A program made the translations under genes and the position numbers. Positions 9,679 through 18,970 of a DNA stretch of 64,000 bases are shown here, in pieces (position 1 is the stretch's first letter; every line of letters starts with the position of its first letter). Source of the DNA: an uncultured Gemmatimonadales bacterium (lineage in GTDB: Bacteria; Gemmatimonadota; Gemmatimonadetes; Longimicrobiales; Gaopeijiaceae); assembly GCA_963809895.1 (NCBI GenBank), contig CAWELD010000003.1, positions 2,976,001 to 3,040,000 on the forward strand, given 5' to 3'. The notes below the pieces were generated by a model. That model did not search any database, had not been told where the DNA came from, and saw only the letters and a list, made by a program, of their open reading frames with translations.

Positions 9679-11324
9679 GAAGCCTCCTCCCCAGATTGTT
9701 GCTGTACGGGCAGGCGCACGGTGAAGACCGTACGTCCCGGCTCGGATTCCACGAACATCGCCCCTTCGTGGCGGTCCACCACGATCTGATAGGAAATATT
9801 GAGACCGAGACCGGTCCCCTCGCCGGGTTGCTTGGTGGTCACGAAGGGATCGAATACGCGGTCCAGGATCTCCGGAGGGATGCCCGGACCGTCGTCGGCA
9901 ATGGTCACCAGGATATGGTCTCCCCCGGTCCATGTGCGAATGGTGAGGGTTCCCGACCCGTTCATGGCCTCGGCGGCATTGGCGATCAGGTTGGTCCAGA
10001 CCTGGTTGAGCTCACCCGGGAATCCGAGGATGCCCGGAAGCGACGGCGCCCTGTCGCGCACTACTTCGATGCCGGACAACTTGTTGCGCAGGATGACAAG
10101 GGTGTCGTCCAGACCGCCCTCGATATCCACCTCGCCGACCTCGGCCCGGTCCATGTGGGAGTACCCCTTGAGCGCGCCCACGATCTGGGAGATCCTGCCC
10201 GCGCTCGTGCGCACGTCGCCCAGGAGGTTTCGAGCTCGTGCCACGTCGGCGATCCACCGAAGCGCCGCGGTGATCTGTCGTCGTCTGTACCGCTCGGCCG
10301 CCGCGTCCAACGCCTCGGCGTCGAACCCCAGGGCGGCCAGGTCGCTGGCCAGCTCCCAGGCGTCCTCCACGGCGCCCATCTCCAACCAGCGCGCCACGCG
10401 CTCTTCCCGGTCTCCTCGCTCCAGGGCATCGACCTCGTCGGCCGCGCCGGCGTTGGAGCGCACCCACTCGAGACCCTCGGGGCTGATTCCGAAACGGAGG
10501 AGCGCGATGCCGTCCTCCACCAAACGGTCGATGACCTGCGTGAGGTGGCCGGTGGCTCGAGCCGCCGCCGCCGCGGGATTGTTCAGTTCGTGCGCCACTC
10601 CGGCGCTGAGCTGTCCCAGCGTCACCAACCGCTCCTGCTGGCGCAGCAGGGCTTCCTGCTCCAGATAGGCGCGTTCCACCTCGCGCAGGCGCTCCTGCTC
10701 CCGAGCCAGCCGCCGGTTCACGACCACGAAACGATGCGTCGCCCAATACGCCACCAGCGACACGGCCGCCACGTTGAGGAAGGAGAACACGTCCAGCGCC
10801 AGCGGCGGCAACACCGGATGCCGGAACGGAAGGCCGCCCACCCAAACGGTGACGGCGATGGCGACGATGAAGGCGAGGAGTGTCGTCGCTGCCCACTCCG
10901 GCCCCAGGACGAGAAGCGCGGCAATGGGCGCCAGAAGCGACCACAGCGCCACGATACCGGATGCCATCAACCCGCCCAGGTAGATGCTCAGGGCGGCGGG
11001 AACGACCAGAATGAGGCCAATCTCTACCGCCCCGAACAGCGACAGCCGGCGATGTCTGCGAAACGCCAGCGCGTTCAGCATCGACGCCACCGAGAATCCG
11101 TACGGGAGCAGGGCCGCACCCACGATCCCCAGGGCGAGGTAGATGGATCCCCACACGATGCCGGCGATCCCCACCGTCCACGCGAAGACGCGAATGACCG
11201 CGGAGGCGACGCGCGGATCCACGGACGACCCCCGAACACGCGCGTCGCCAGCCGGGTGCGCATCCGCGCCCGATCGTCTGGCTTGCGCGCGCGACCGTTC
11301 CGTCCCGCTTGAAGGCGTGCTCAT
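9675..11324 (-). CDS. Membrane sensor histidine kinase (HisKA/HATPase)
   Basis: About 6 TM helices; AHELNNP H-box, NLIANA N-box, DDGPGI, FDPFVTTK, GTGLGL. Confidence 0.92.
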   Translation of the reverse strand: MSTPSSGTERSRAQARRSGADAHPAGDARVRGSSVDPRVASAVIRVFAWTVGIAGIVWGSIYLALGIVGAALLPYGFSVASMLNALAFRRHRRLSLFGAVEIGLILVVPAALSIYLGGLMASGIVALWSLLAPIAALLVLGPEWAATTLLAFIVAIAVTVWVGGLPFRHPVLPPLALDVFSFLNVAAVSLVAYWATHRFVVVNRRLAREQERLREVERAYLEQEALLRQQERLVTLGQLSAGVAHELNNPAAAAARATGHLTQVIDRLVEDGIALLRFGISPEGLEWVRSNAGAADEVDALERGDREERVARWLEMGAVEDAWELASDLAALGFDAEALDAAAERYRRRQITAALRWIADVARARNLLGDVRTSAGRISQIVGALKGYSHMDRAEVGEVDIEGGLDDTLVILRNKLSGIEVVRDRAPSLPGILGFPGELNQVWTNLIANAAEAMNGSGTLTIRTWTGGDHILVTIADDGPGIPPEILDRVFDPFVTTKQPGEGTGLGLNISYQIVVDRHEGAMFVESEPGRTVFTVRLPVQQQSGEEAS

Positions 11325-11541
11325 AGACCCCGGTGATACGGGCCGCCCCCATCGGCGTCAAGGGAGTGACGCGGTGGATCCCTGGCCTGCACCCGATGCC
11401 CTCGGCGGCGAGGTAGCGTGGAAGAGACTCGCACGGCCGCCCCCCACCATCCATCTTGTGACGCACGTTATTATTGGAATTCGAAGTTGAGTCCGCGGCA
11501 TCGGGCCTCGCGGAAGCCCCCCCAACGTTGCTGAGGACACC

Positions 11542-11946
11542 GTGATCACGTTGGTGTCGCGCTGGAAGCTCCGTAGCGGCTGTCCAGCGGTACTGGCGTC
11601 TGCCCTGGAGGAGCTGGGGCGGGAGGTAGCCGCCCAGGAGCCGGGCACGTGGATGTACCTCGTGAACCTCCCGGCGCGGCCACCCCTGGACGCAGGCAAC
11701 CATCCGAGACACCCTCCGCCGCCTCACATCGAGCCTGTTCAGCAGATGGAGGTGGTCTTCCTGGAGGTGTACGAGGACGCCCGGGCCTTCGCGGCGCATG
11801 TGAACGGGCCCGTGTTCACCTCCTTCCTCCGGGACCATCTCCAGCACTTCTACGAAGATCCGGACAAGCCGGGCTGGCCATCCACGGACACGACCTTCTA
11901 CGACCGGTTGGTGACGGTGGGGCGCCCGGGTCCCGGAACCCCATGA
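11542..11946 (+). CDS. ABM / quinol-monooxygenase-like small protein
   Basis: EPGTWMYLV...VFLEVYEDARAFAAHVNGPVF; GAGGA RBS before GTG. Confidence 0.7.
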   Translation: MITLVSRWKLRSGCPAVLASALEELGREVAAQEPGTWMYLVNLPARPPLDAGNHPRHPPPPHIEPVQQMEVVFLEVYEDARAFAAHVNGPVFTSFLRDHLQHFYEDPDKPGWPSTDTTFYDRLVTVGRPGPGTP

Positions 11947-12322
11947 CCGGGACCGACGTCGAGAAGACCTGCGAGATCAAGGACTGCGGGTACGTGGACC
12001 GCATGGCGCCATCAACGCCGTCGCGGCGAAGGATTCGGCCTTCATCCACCGCGACACCTACATGGACATCTACCTGGACAGCTTCTGGCAGGAGGGCACC
12101 AGCTTCCAGCGGGGGATGGCCGACTTCCGCTACATCTACTGGGGCGAGTACTACAACAGCCTGCTGTTCGTGAAGAACAAGTACGACCCCAACAACGTGT
12201 TCCGCTTCGAGCAGAGCGTCTCGCCTTTCCCCGACCACCCGGGGGTGAGGACGACCGACGAGCCCTCCATGTTCTCGGATCCGATCATCACGTACGAGCC
12301 CTGGTCGAAGAGCTTCGTGTAA
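11943..12322 (+). pseudogene. Remnant of an FAD-linked oxidase (berberine-bridge-like C-terminus) with large internal deletions
   Basis: Frame ending 12322 reads GAINAVAAKDSAFIHR...YWGEYYNSLLFVKNKYDPNNVFRFEQS; the coupled ATG at 11943 is in a different frame; no FAD-binding domain. Confidence 0.7.
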
Positions 12323-12327
12323 CCGGC

Positions 12328-15300
12328 TCACCGCCTGCGAATGAGGAGCGTCCGGATCTCCCAGGGGCTCAGGGTCAGTTCTGCCGTGGCGCCATCCGCC
12401 GCGGTCCATGCACCCTGGGGCCGTTCGAGAAGGTCGGCGTCCTGCCATTCGAAGGGCCAGGGCAGCGTCAGGCGCGCCGTGGAGGCCGCTCCGTGGCGCT
12501 CCACCAATCGGACCACGTAGGCGTTACCCTCTTCGGCCATCTTCAATGCGCCGAGCTCGGCGCCCTCCACCGCCGCGAAGCCCCGCGCCCTGGCGTTGCC
12601 GTCGTGACGCGGAACCTCGAACGCCACGAGGGGCTTGTTGAGATCCTCGGCTGCGGCCTCCGTGGCTCCGGAGCGCCAATCGCCGTCGTGGACCACCAGG
12701 GCGTAGCGGAAACGGTGCGTCCCCTGGTCTGCTGCCGTGTCGGGATACGTGGCGGCCTTCAGCAGGGTGAGGCGCACCGTGTCGCCCCGCACGTCGTATC
12801 CGTACTTGGAGTCGTTTACCAGACTCACGCCCCACCCGCCGGCGCTGGCGTCGACCCAACGCTGCATGGCCACTTCGTAGCGGGCGCTGTCCTTGACGGT
12901 GGTGGGGACCGCCGGCCGTCCGATGGCACCATAGGGGATCTCGGCCCACACGCTGTCCGCGTGCACGGCCAGCGGGAAGGACGCCTTCAGAAGGTGGTGA
13001 TCGGTGTGCCAGTCGGCCGTGGTCTCGAACTCCACACGGGTCGAGCCCCGGGGAATGCGGATGCGCTGGTCGTACGAGCCGTGGGCGTCGGCGCGGTGCA
13101 CCTCCACCTGGACGCCCAACGCGTCCTCGGTGACCGCGCCGACCCGGACCGTGTCGGCCACCGGCGTCCAGGGACCGTCGACGCTGTCGATGTTCCAGGC
13201 GTCCCACTGGAGGGGCCGATCCTCCATGGTGGCCAGCCGATTCCCGCCACCCCCCGGCATGAGGACCTCACGGCCGCGATCCTTGTCCACCACCCGGCTC
13301 AACTCACCGGTGCTCCGGTCCACCTCCACGAGAAGGTGGTCGGTCTCGAGGACGGCCGGCGCTCCGATCTCGGGGGATGCCGGGGACGCCGCCGCAGGGG
13401 CCTGCCCATCCACATCCTCGGCGAAGACCACCCGGCCCCCGGTGGCGGGGACGTCGTCGACCTCGAAGCGGAGCCTGCCGTCCCGGACCACCGAGGGTAG
13501 GGGCCGGCCGGCGCCATCGGTGACCCGTGCCGATGCGCCGTCCCACGGGACCGCCACCTGGCCCGAACGCGCATGGCCCGAAGGATTGAGCACCAGGAGC
13601 GGACGGGTGCCGTCACCGGGTGGCCGGGTGTCGAGCCCCGACGCGATGCGCTCCGCCGCCCGCTCCAGCGCAAGCTCGGCCAGGCGCTGCGCGTCCCGGT
13701 AGTCTGCCGCGGCGTCCCGATAGATGTCGCCGATGCCGGAGCCCGGCAGGATGTCGTGGAACTGGTTGAAGAGCGTACGCTCCCACGCCTGCGTGAGCGC
13801 ACCGCCGGGGTAGTTGTACCAGGTGTCGTCGTCCACGGGCAGTGACGCTGCGTGGGTCGCCAGCGCCTCGGCCGTGACCAGCAGGTTCTCCATGCGGCGG
13901 TTCCAGGCCTTCTCATCCGCCTGGCTGGTATAGACGCCGCGGTGATACTCGAGATAGAGCTCGTCATCGATGACTGGAGCCGAGGAGCCGCCCTCCGCTT
14001 CCATCCGCTGAAGTGCCGGCTCGGGGAGGGTGCCCGTCAGCGTCGGATAGGTCGGCACCCGCGCCAACGCCCGCCGCCGGTCCATCATCTCCATGGTGGG
14101 GCCACCTCCGTGATCGCCCACGCCGTAGAGGACCAGCATGCGGCCACCGGCGGTGCTGTCCCGACTGGCGATCCACTGCTCGCCCAGACGGTCCGGCTCC
14201 AGGTGGTGCGAATACCCGTACGGGATGTACGTGAGGATGCGGGTGCCGTCCCGTCCCTGCCACCAGAAGAGGTTCCGGTCGGCGCTCCACTCGTCGGTGT
14301 CGTTCCAGCGGAGCTTCTGCGTGACGAAGTAGTCGAATCCCGACTTCCGGAAGATCTGGGGCAGCGTCCAGGCGTAGCCGAAGGTGTCGGGGATCCACGC
14401 CACCCGGGCCGTAGCGCCGAAGAGCCGCAGGAAGGTGCGCTGCCCGTACAGTCCCTGCCGCACCAGCGCTTCACCCGACGGCAGGTTCACGTCGGGCTCC
14501 ACCCACCAGCCGCCCACCGGGGCCCAGCGTCCTTCCTTCGCCAACCTCTGGATGCGCTCCAGGAGCTCGGGTTCGTAGGACTCCAGCCAGACGTAGTACT
14601 GGGCCGCGGATCCGGCGAAGGTCGCCTCGGGATACTTGGCCAGAAGCTTGGTCGCCGACCGCCAGGTGTTGCGAACCACGTCGATCGTCTCGGGCCAGCG
14701 CCAGAGCCAGGCGGCATCGATGTGGGAATTGCCCACCAGGTCCACCGAGTCGGCGGCCATGGCCTGCACGGCGGGCTCCAGCCGCGCCATCCACTGTTCG
14801 ACCAGCGCGCGGTAGGCCCCCTTGTGGGGATCGTCGCTGGCCGCCAGCAGCTCCATGGCCACCCGTACGCCCGGCACGGTGGCCGCATCGTCCCCGAGAA
14901 AGAAGCGAGCCCAACGCGCGCCCTCCTCCATCTCGAACCAGCCGGCGTCGGACACCACCAGTCGGGGAGGATTCCACCATTCCGGGCCGGCAGGCCGGAC
15001 CGCCACGCGAAGGCTGTCGCCGGCCGCGCACGGGCCGCACAGCGGAACCCGTCCGCGAGCGTCGCGGACGCGCGGCGCGCCGTTCACGGCGAAGGTCGTG
15101 CCCTCGGGAAACTCGGCCGCGTCCATATCCAGGTGGAGGTCGCCGAGCACATCCGGGACGCGGCTGTGGAAGGACAGTTCTTCGAGCCGGCGCCTCACGG
15201 TCGCGTCGATCCCGTAGGCGTCCGCCGCGGGCAGCGAATCCCACTCGCCCGCCTGGTCCCGCCACTGCCACCCCCGGACCTCCAGGGGCCGACCCAGCGT

Positions 15301-16281
15301 GGCCAGCACCGCGCCGGCGTTGAGCGGCCGCTCATAGCTCCTTCCGCCGGCGCGTGCGTGGACCTGCCCGCCGGCCTTCGCCGCCTGCACCAGCTCGGAC
15401 CAGTCCGTCGCCAGCTCCACGTCGGCCTTCTGCCCGTCGGGGGCCGGCGGCAGCGTCGCCGTCTGACCGCCGATCTGCACCGTGGCCTCGCCGTCGAGAC
15501 CCCCCCAGCGGCGGGCCCCCAGCGTCACCGGCACCTCCACGGTCCCGGCCCCGGCATCCAGGACGGCCGTGCCCGAGAAGGCGGGCATGGACAGCGTCAG
15601 CGCCGGTGCGGGGGCGCCGGCCACGGCCACCGCGGATGGCCGCTCCGCCGTGAGCCCCAGGTCGGCCACCGGGTCCTGGCTCCCGGCCAGGACGCGACCG
15701 CCGAGCCCGAACCCGCCTCCGCGGTTCACCACCTTGAGCAGCAGCCGATTCGCACCCGCGGCGAGCCGTACCGTCGCGGTATCGGTACCGCTCCCCACGC
15801 CACGCGCGACCTCGTGGTCCACCACCAACGTGCCGTTCACCCAGACTCGGAGGTCGTCGTCGGACTCGAAGGCGAGAGTGACCGTGCGATCGTCGGGGCT
15901 GGTCACCCAGGCGAAAGCATACGCCGCGGCGTTCGCCACGGGCGAGATGCCCTCCAGGACCGGCAGGAGATCCAGACGTCCGAAGTGGTCGGTGTCGGCT
16001 TCCGCCCGCACCCACGAGCGGTCGCCCACGGCCTGGCCCGGATGGGGAGCCACGGCGGCCTCGTCCGGGAGGTAGGCGTGGCTCACGCGATCCGGGCCGT
16101 CCACTATGGCCCAGGTGCCCAGGACGAGCCACTCCGGAATGGGCCGGTCGAGCCCGGTGGCTGCGGTCTGGGCAGCCGCGGCAACGGCCCCCGGCCCTGC
16201 AGCCGCGATGAAGAACGAGGCGAGGAAAAGCAGCCGTGGCCCGAGTATTCTCATCTTCCGCGTGGCGCTCTCGATTCTCAT
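12328..16281 (-). CDS. Secreted GH38 alpha-mannosidase with long N-terminal extension
   Basis: GNSHIDAAWLWRW, GGWWVEPD, WIPDTFG, GVGDHGGGP, LYLEYHRG, NQFHDILPGS, NDSKYG; alternative start 16254. Confidence 0.93.
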   Translation of the reverse strand: MRIESATRKMRILGPRLLFLASFFIAAAGPGAVAAAAQTAATGLDRPIPEWLVLGTWAIVDGPDRVSHAYLPDEAAVAPHPGQAVGDRSWVRAEADTDHFGRLDLLPVLEGISPVANAAAYAFAWVTSPDDRTVTLAFESDDDLRVWVNGTLVVDHEVARGVGSGTDTATVRLAAGANRLLLKVVNRGGGFGLGGRVLAGSQDPVADLGLTAERPSAVAVAGAPAPALTLSMPAFSGTAVLDAGAGTVEVPVTLGARRWGGLDGEATVQIGGQTATLPPAPDGQKADVELATDWSELVQAAKAGGQVHARAGGRSYERPLNAGAVLATLGRPLEVRGWQWRDQAGEWDSLPAADAYGIDATVRRRLEELSFHSRVPDVLGDLHLDMDAAEFPEGTTFAVNGAPRVRDARGRVPLCGPCAAGDSLRVAVRPAGPEWWNPPRLVVSDAGWFEMEEGARWARFFLGDDAATVPGVRVAMELLAASDDPHKGAYRALVEQWMARLEPAVQAMAADSVDLVGNSHIDAAWLWRWPETIDVVRNTWRSATKLLAKYPEATFAGSAAQYYVWLESYEPELLERIQRLAKEGRWAPVGGWWVEPDVNLPSGEALVRQGLYGQRTFLRLFGATARVAWIPDTFGYAWTLPQIFRKSGFDYFVTQKLRWNDTDEWSADRNLFWWQGRDGTRILTYIPYGYSHHLEPDRLGEQWIASRDSTAGGRMLVLYGVGDHGGGPTMEMMDRRRALARVPTYPTLTGTLPEPALQRMEAEGGSSAPVIDDELYLEYHRGVYTSQADEKAWNRRMENLLVTAEALATHAASLPVDDDTWYNYPGGALTQAWERTLFNQFHDILPGSGIGDIYRDAAADYRDAQRLAELALERAAERIASGLDTRPPGDGTRPLLVLNPSGHARSGQVAVPWDGASARVTDGAGRPLPSVVRDGRLRFEVDDVPATGGRVVFAEDVDGQAPAAASPASPEIGAPAVLETDHLLVEVDRSTGELSRVVDKDRGREVLMPGGGGNRLATMEDRPLQWDAWNIDSVDGPWTPVADTVRVGAVTEDALGVQVEVHRADAHGSYDQRIRIPRGSTRVEFETTADWHTDHHLLKASFPLAVHADSVWAEIPYGAIGRPAVPTTVKDSARYEVAMQRWVDASAGGWGVSLVNDSKYGYDVRGDTVRLTLLKAATYPDTAADQGTHRFRYALVVHDGDWRSGATEAAAEDLNKPLVAFEVPRHDGNARARGFAAVEGAELGALKMAEEGNAYVVRLVERHGAASTARLTLPWPFEWQDADLLERPQGAWTAADGATAELTLSPWEIRTLLIRRR

Positions 16282-16461
16282 TCGTGGTGCCTCTCGCTCG
16301 ACGTACCCCTGCGCGATCCGGTGCGCGAAGCTGCGTCCTCGCCGGGGAGCCGCACAAGCGGGGGCGCGGCGCAAGGTGCACGATCAAGAAGCTGGCGTGG
16401 TTGCCAGCGAGCCCGACATAGTGGGCCACTCCGTTCGCCCCCCACCTCCGGGAACGAGCTC

Positions 16462-18897
16462 ATGAACGCGCTGTTCAAGGACCTGCAGGTCGCCACCCGC
16501 GTGCTGCTGAAGAACCGCCTCTTCACCGTCGTGGCCGTCGCCACCCTGGCGCTGGCCATCGGGGCGAACACGGCGATCTTCTCGGTGGTGGACGGGGTCC
16601 TGCTGCGCCCACTCCCGTATCCGAATGCCGACCGGCTCGTGTACGTGACCCTGGGGGCGCTACCGCAGGTGGGGACCGGAGAGCTGCCCTTCTCCGACCG
16701 CGGCTATTGGCATTTCGTCAACAATAACCACGTCTACGACAAGTTCGGTGCCTACCAGGCCGGCAACACCCAGTGGCCGCTGACCGCCGACGGTCCGCCG
16801 CTGCAGGTGAACGTCGCCGGCATGTCGTTGAGCGCGTACGAGGCCCTGGGCACCGTGCCCCAACGGGGTCGCCTGCCCACGGCTGAGGAGGACGTACCCG
16901 ACGCTTCGTGGGTGGTGCTCATCAGCGACGGGCTGTGGGAAACGCGATACGGCCGCGACCCCGCCATCATCGGAACCTCCATCGAACTGAACGGCGCCCC
17001 CCGGGAGGTCATCGGCATCATGCCGGCGGGATACGACTTCCCGACGCCCGAGACCGACGTGTGGCTTCCGCTGCACCTGAATCCCGCCAGCGAGAACTTC
17101 GGCGGACACCACCTCTTCGCCATCGGGCGCCTTGCGGACGGCATTACGCCGGAAGCGGCAGTCACCGACGCCGAAAGCCTCATCAAGCGCTTCGACGAGG
17201 CGGGGTACGGCCCGCAATGGCTCACGGGAGTCTTCAGCGGCAAGGCCTTCGTGCGTGGCCTCCGGGAACAGATCGTGGGAGACTCGCGGCGGCCCCTGCT
17301 CATCCTCCTGGGAACCGTGGGCTTCGTGCTCCTCATCGCGTGCAGCAACGTCGCGAATCTGCTCATGGTCAGGGCCGAGGCGCGCACCCGCGAGAACGCG
17401 GTGCGCATGGCCCTGGGCTCGGGCCGCGGGCGACTGGCGCGCTACGTGATGGCGGAGAGCGTCCTGCTGGCGGTCGCCGGCGGCATCGCGGGGATCTTCC
17501 TGGCTTGGGTGGGCACGCGGGCGCTGGTGGCGGCGGGGCCCGCGAGCATTCCCAGGCTCGACGCCATCGGCATCAACGGCACCGTGCTGGCTTATACCGC
17601 GGTCATCTCCCTGGTGGCAGGGATCCTCTTCGGGACCATTCCCGGGATCCGGTCGGGATCCATCAAGGCCATGCGCACCCTCAACGACGGCGGTCGAGGC
17701 TCAACCGTGGGCAAGGAGCGTAACCGGACCCGAAACATCCTGGTGGTGGGTCAGGTGGCGCTGGCCCTCATCCTGCTCGTGGGCTCGGGACTGATGGTGC
17801 GGAGCTTTCAACAGCTTCGTTCCGTCGATCCCGGCTTCGATGCCCCAGGGCTCATGACCTTCCGTCTGTCGCCGCCCCCGTCCAAGTATCCGGACGCCGA
17901 AGCGACGGCACGCTTCTACGATCAGCTCATCCAGCGCCTGGAGGAGATCCCCGGCGTCTCCTCCGCCGCAGGGATCGATGCGCTCCCGCTCACGGGGGGA
18001 GGCGCGATCCTCGCCACGAGCATCGAGGACTTTCCCACACCCGAGGGTGAATTCCCGCCGGTGTTCAGCGTACGGCGCGTGACCCCGGGTTACTTCCGCA
18101 CCATGGGGATCCCCGTGGTGGAGGGCCGTGAATTCACGCCTGACGACCACAATGCCCGCATGGGCACCCTGCTCATCAGCGCGTCACTCAAGCGCCAATA
18201 CTGGCCCGATGAGAGCGGGCTCGGGAAACGCCTGACCCCGTCCAGCGCGCCGGCACGCTCGGTGGGCGTCGTGGGTGATGTTCACGACACGGGGCTGGAC
18301 GCGCCGCCCGAGCAGTTCATCTACAAGCCCATGCTGGACTCCGTGGGAGGCGGCGTGCGGCCTCTCATGATGGTGGTCCGCACGGATGGGGATCCCGAGG
18401 CGCTGGTGCCGGGCATCCGCTCCACCGTCGAGGCCATGGATCCCGATCTGCCCATCACCAACCTGCGTTCCATGCAGGACATCGTGGGCGCCTCGTTGAG
18501 CCGCACGACCTTCACCATGTATCTCCTGATCCTGGCGGCGGTCATCGCCCTCTTCCTGGGCTCGGTGGGTATCTACGGCATGCTCTCCTACGTCGCCACG
18601 CAGCGTACGGCCGAGATGGGCGTGCGTTTCGCCCTGGGGGCCGATCCGGGGATGGTGAGGCGGATCTTCCTCACGCAGGGCCTGAAGCTGGCGGGGGCCG
18701 GCGTGGTCCTGGGACTCGTGGGAGCTCTGGCCCTGGGGGGCGTCATGAGCTCGCTGCTCTACGGGATCAGGCCCACGGATCCCCTGACGCTGGCCGCGGT
18801 GTCGGTGGCCTTCCTTGCCGTGGCCACGCTGGCGAGCCTGGTCCCCGCGCGACGTGCCGCCAGAACGTCACCGGCGGTGGCCCTGCGGGCGGACTGA
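16462..18897 (+). CDS. ADOP-type duplicated MacB/FtsX ABC permease
   Basis: TLALAIGANTAIFSVVDGVLLRPLPY, LLIACSNVANL, QVALALILLVGSGL, QRTAEMGVRFALGA, PARRAA; real start 16462. Confidence 0.93.
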   Translation: MNALFKDLQVATRVLLKNRLFTVVAVATLALAIGANTAIFSVVDGVLLRPLPYPNADRLVYVTLGALPQVGTGELPFSDRGYWHFVNNNHVYDKFGAYQAGNTQWPLTADGPPLQVNVAGMSLSAYEALGTVPQRGRLPTAEEDVPDASWVVLISDGLWETRYGRDPAIIGTSIELNGAPREVIGIMPAGYDFPTPETDVWLPLHLNPASENFGGHHLFAIGRLADGITPEAAVTDAESLIKRFDEAGYGPQWLTGVFSGKAFVRGLREQIVGDSRRPLLILLGTVGFVLLIACSNVANLLMVRAEARTRENAVRMALGSGRGRLARYVMAESVLLAVAGGIAGIFLAWVGTRALVAAGPASIPRLDAIGINGTVLAYTAVISLVAGILFGTIPGIRSGSIKAMRTLNDGGRGSTVGKERNRTRNILVVGQVALALILLVGSGLMVRSFQQLRSVDPGFDAPGLMTFRLSPPPSKYPDAEATARFYDQLIQRLEEIPGVSSAAGIDALPLTGGGAILATSIEDFPTPEGEFPPVFSVRRVTPGYFRTMGIPVVEGREFTPDDHNARMGTLLISASLKRQYWPDESGLGKRLTPSSAPARSVGVVGDVHDTGLDAPPEQFIYKPMLDSVGGGVRPLMMVVRTDGDPEALVPGIRSTVEAMDPDLPITNLRSMQDIVGASLSRTTFTMYLLILAAVIALFLGSVGIYGMLSYVATQRTAEMGVRFALGADPGMVRRIFLTQGLKLAGAGVVLGLVGALALGGVMSSLLYGIRPTDPLTLAAVSVAFLAVATLASLVPARRAARTSPAVALRAD

Positions 18898-18970
18898 GCG
18901 ACCCGGCTCGGCCCGCCCCCGGGAGCCCGCGGTCAGGGCGGCGACGGCCGACCGGACGCCCTCCGCCGGA

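Noticed and set aside
13852..16461. 1681-aa ORF as a giant fusion
   Set aside because: The first ~870 aa are the antisense shadow of the GH38 gene; the real permease starts at 16462.
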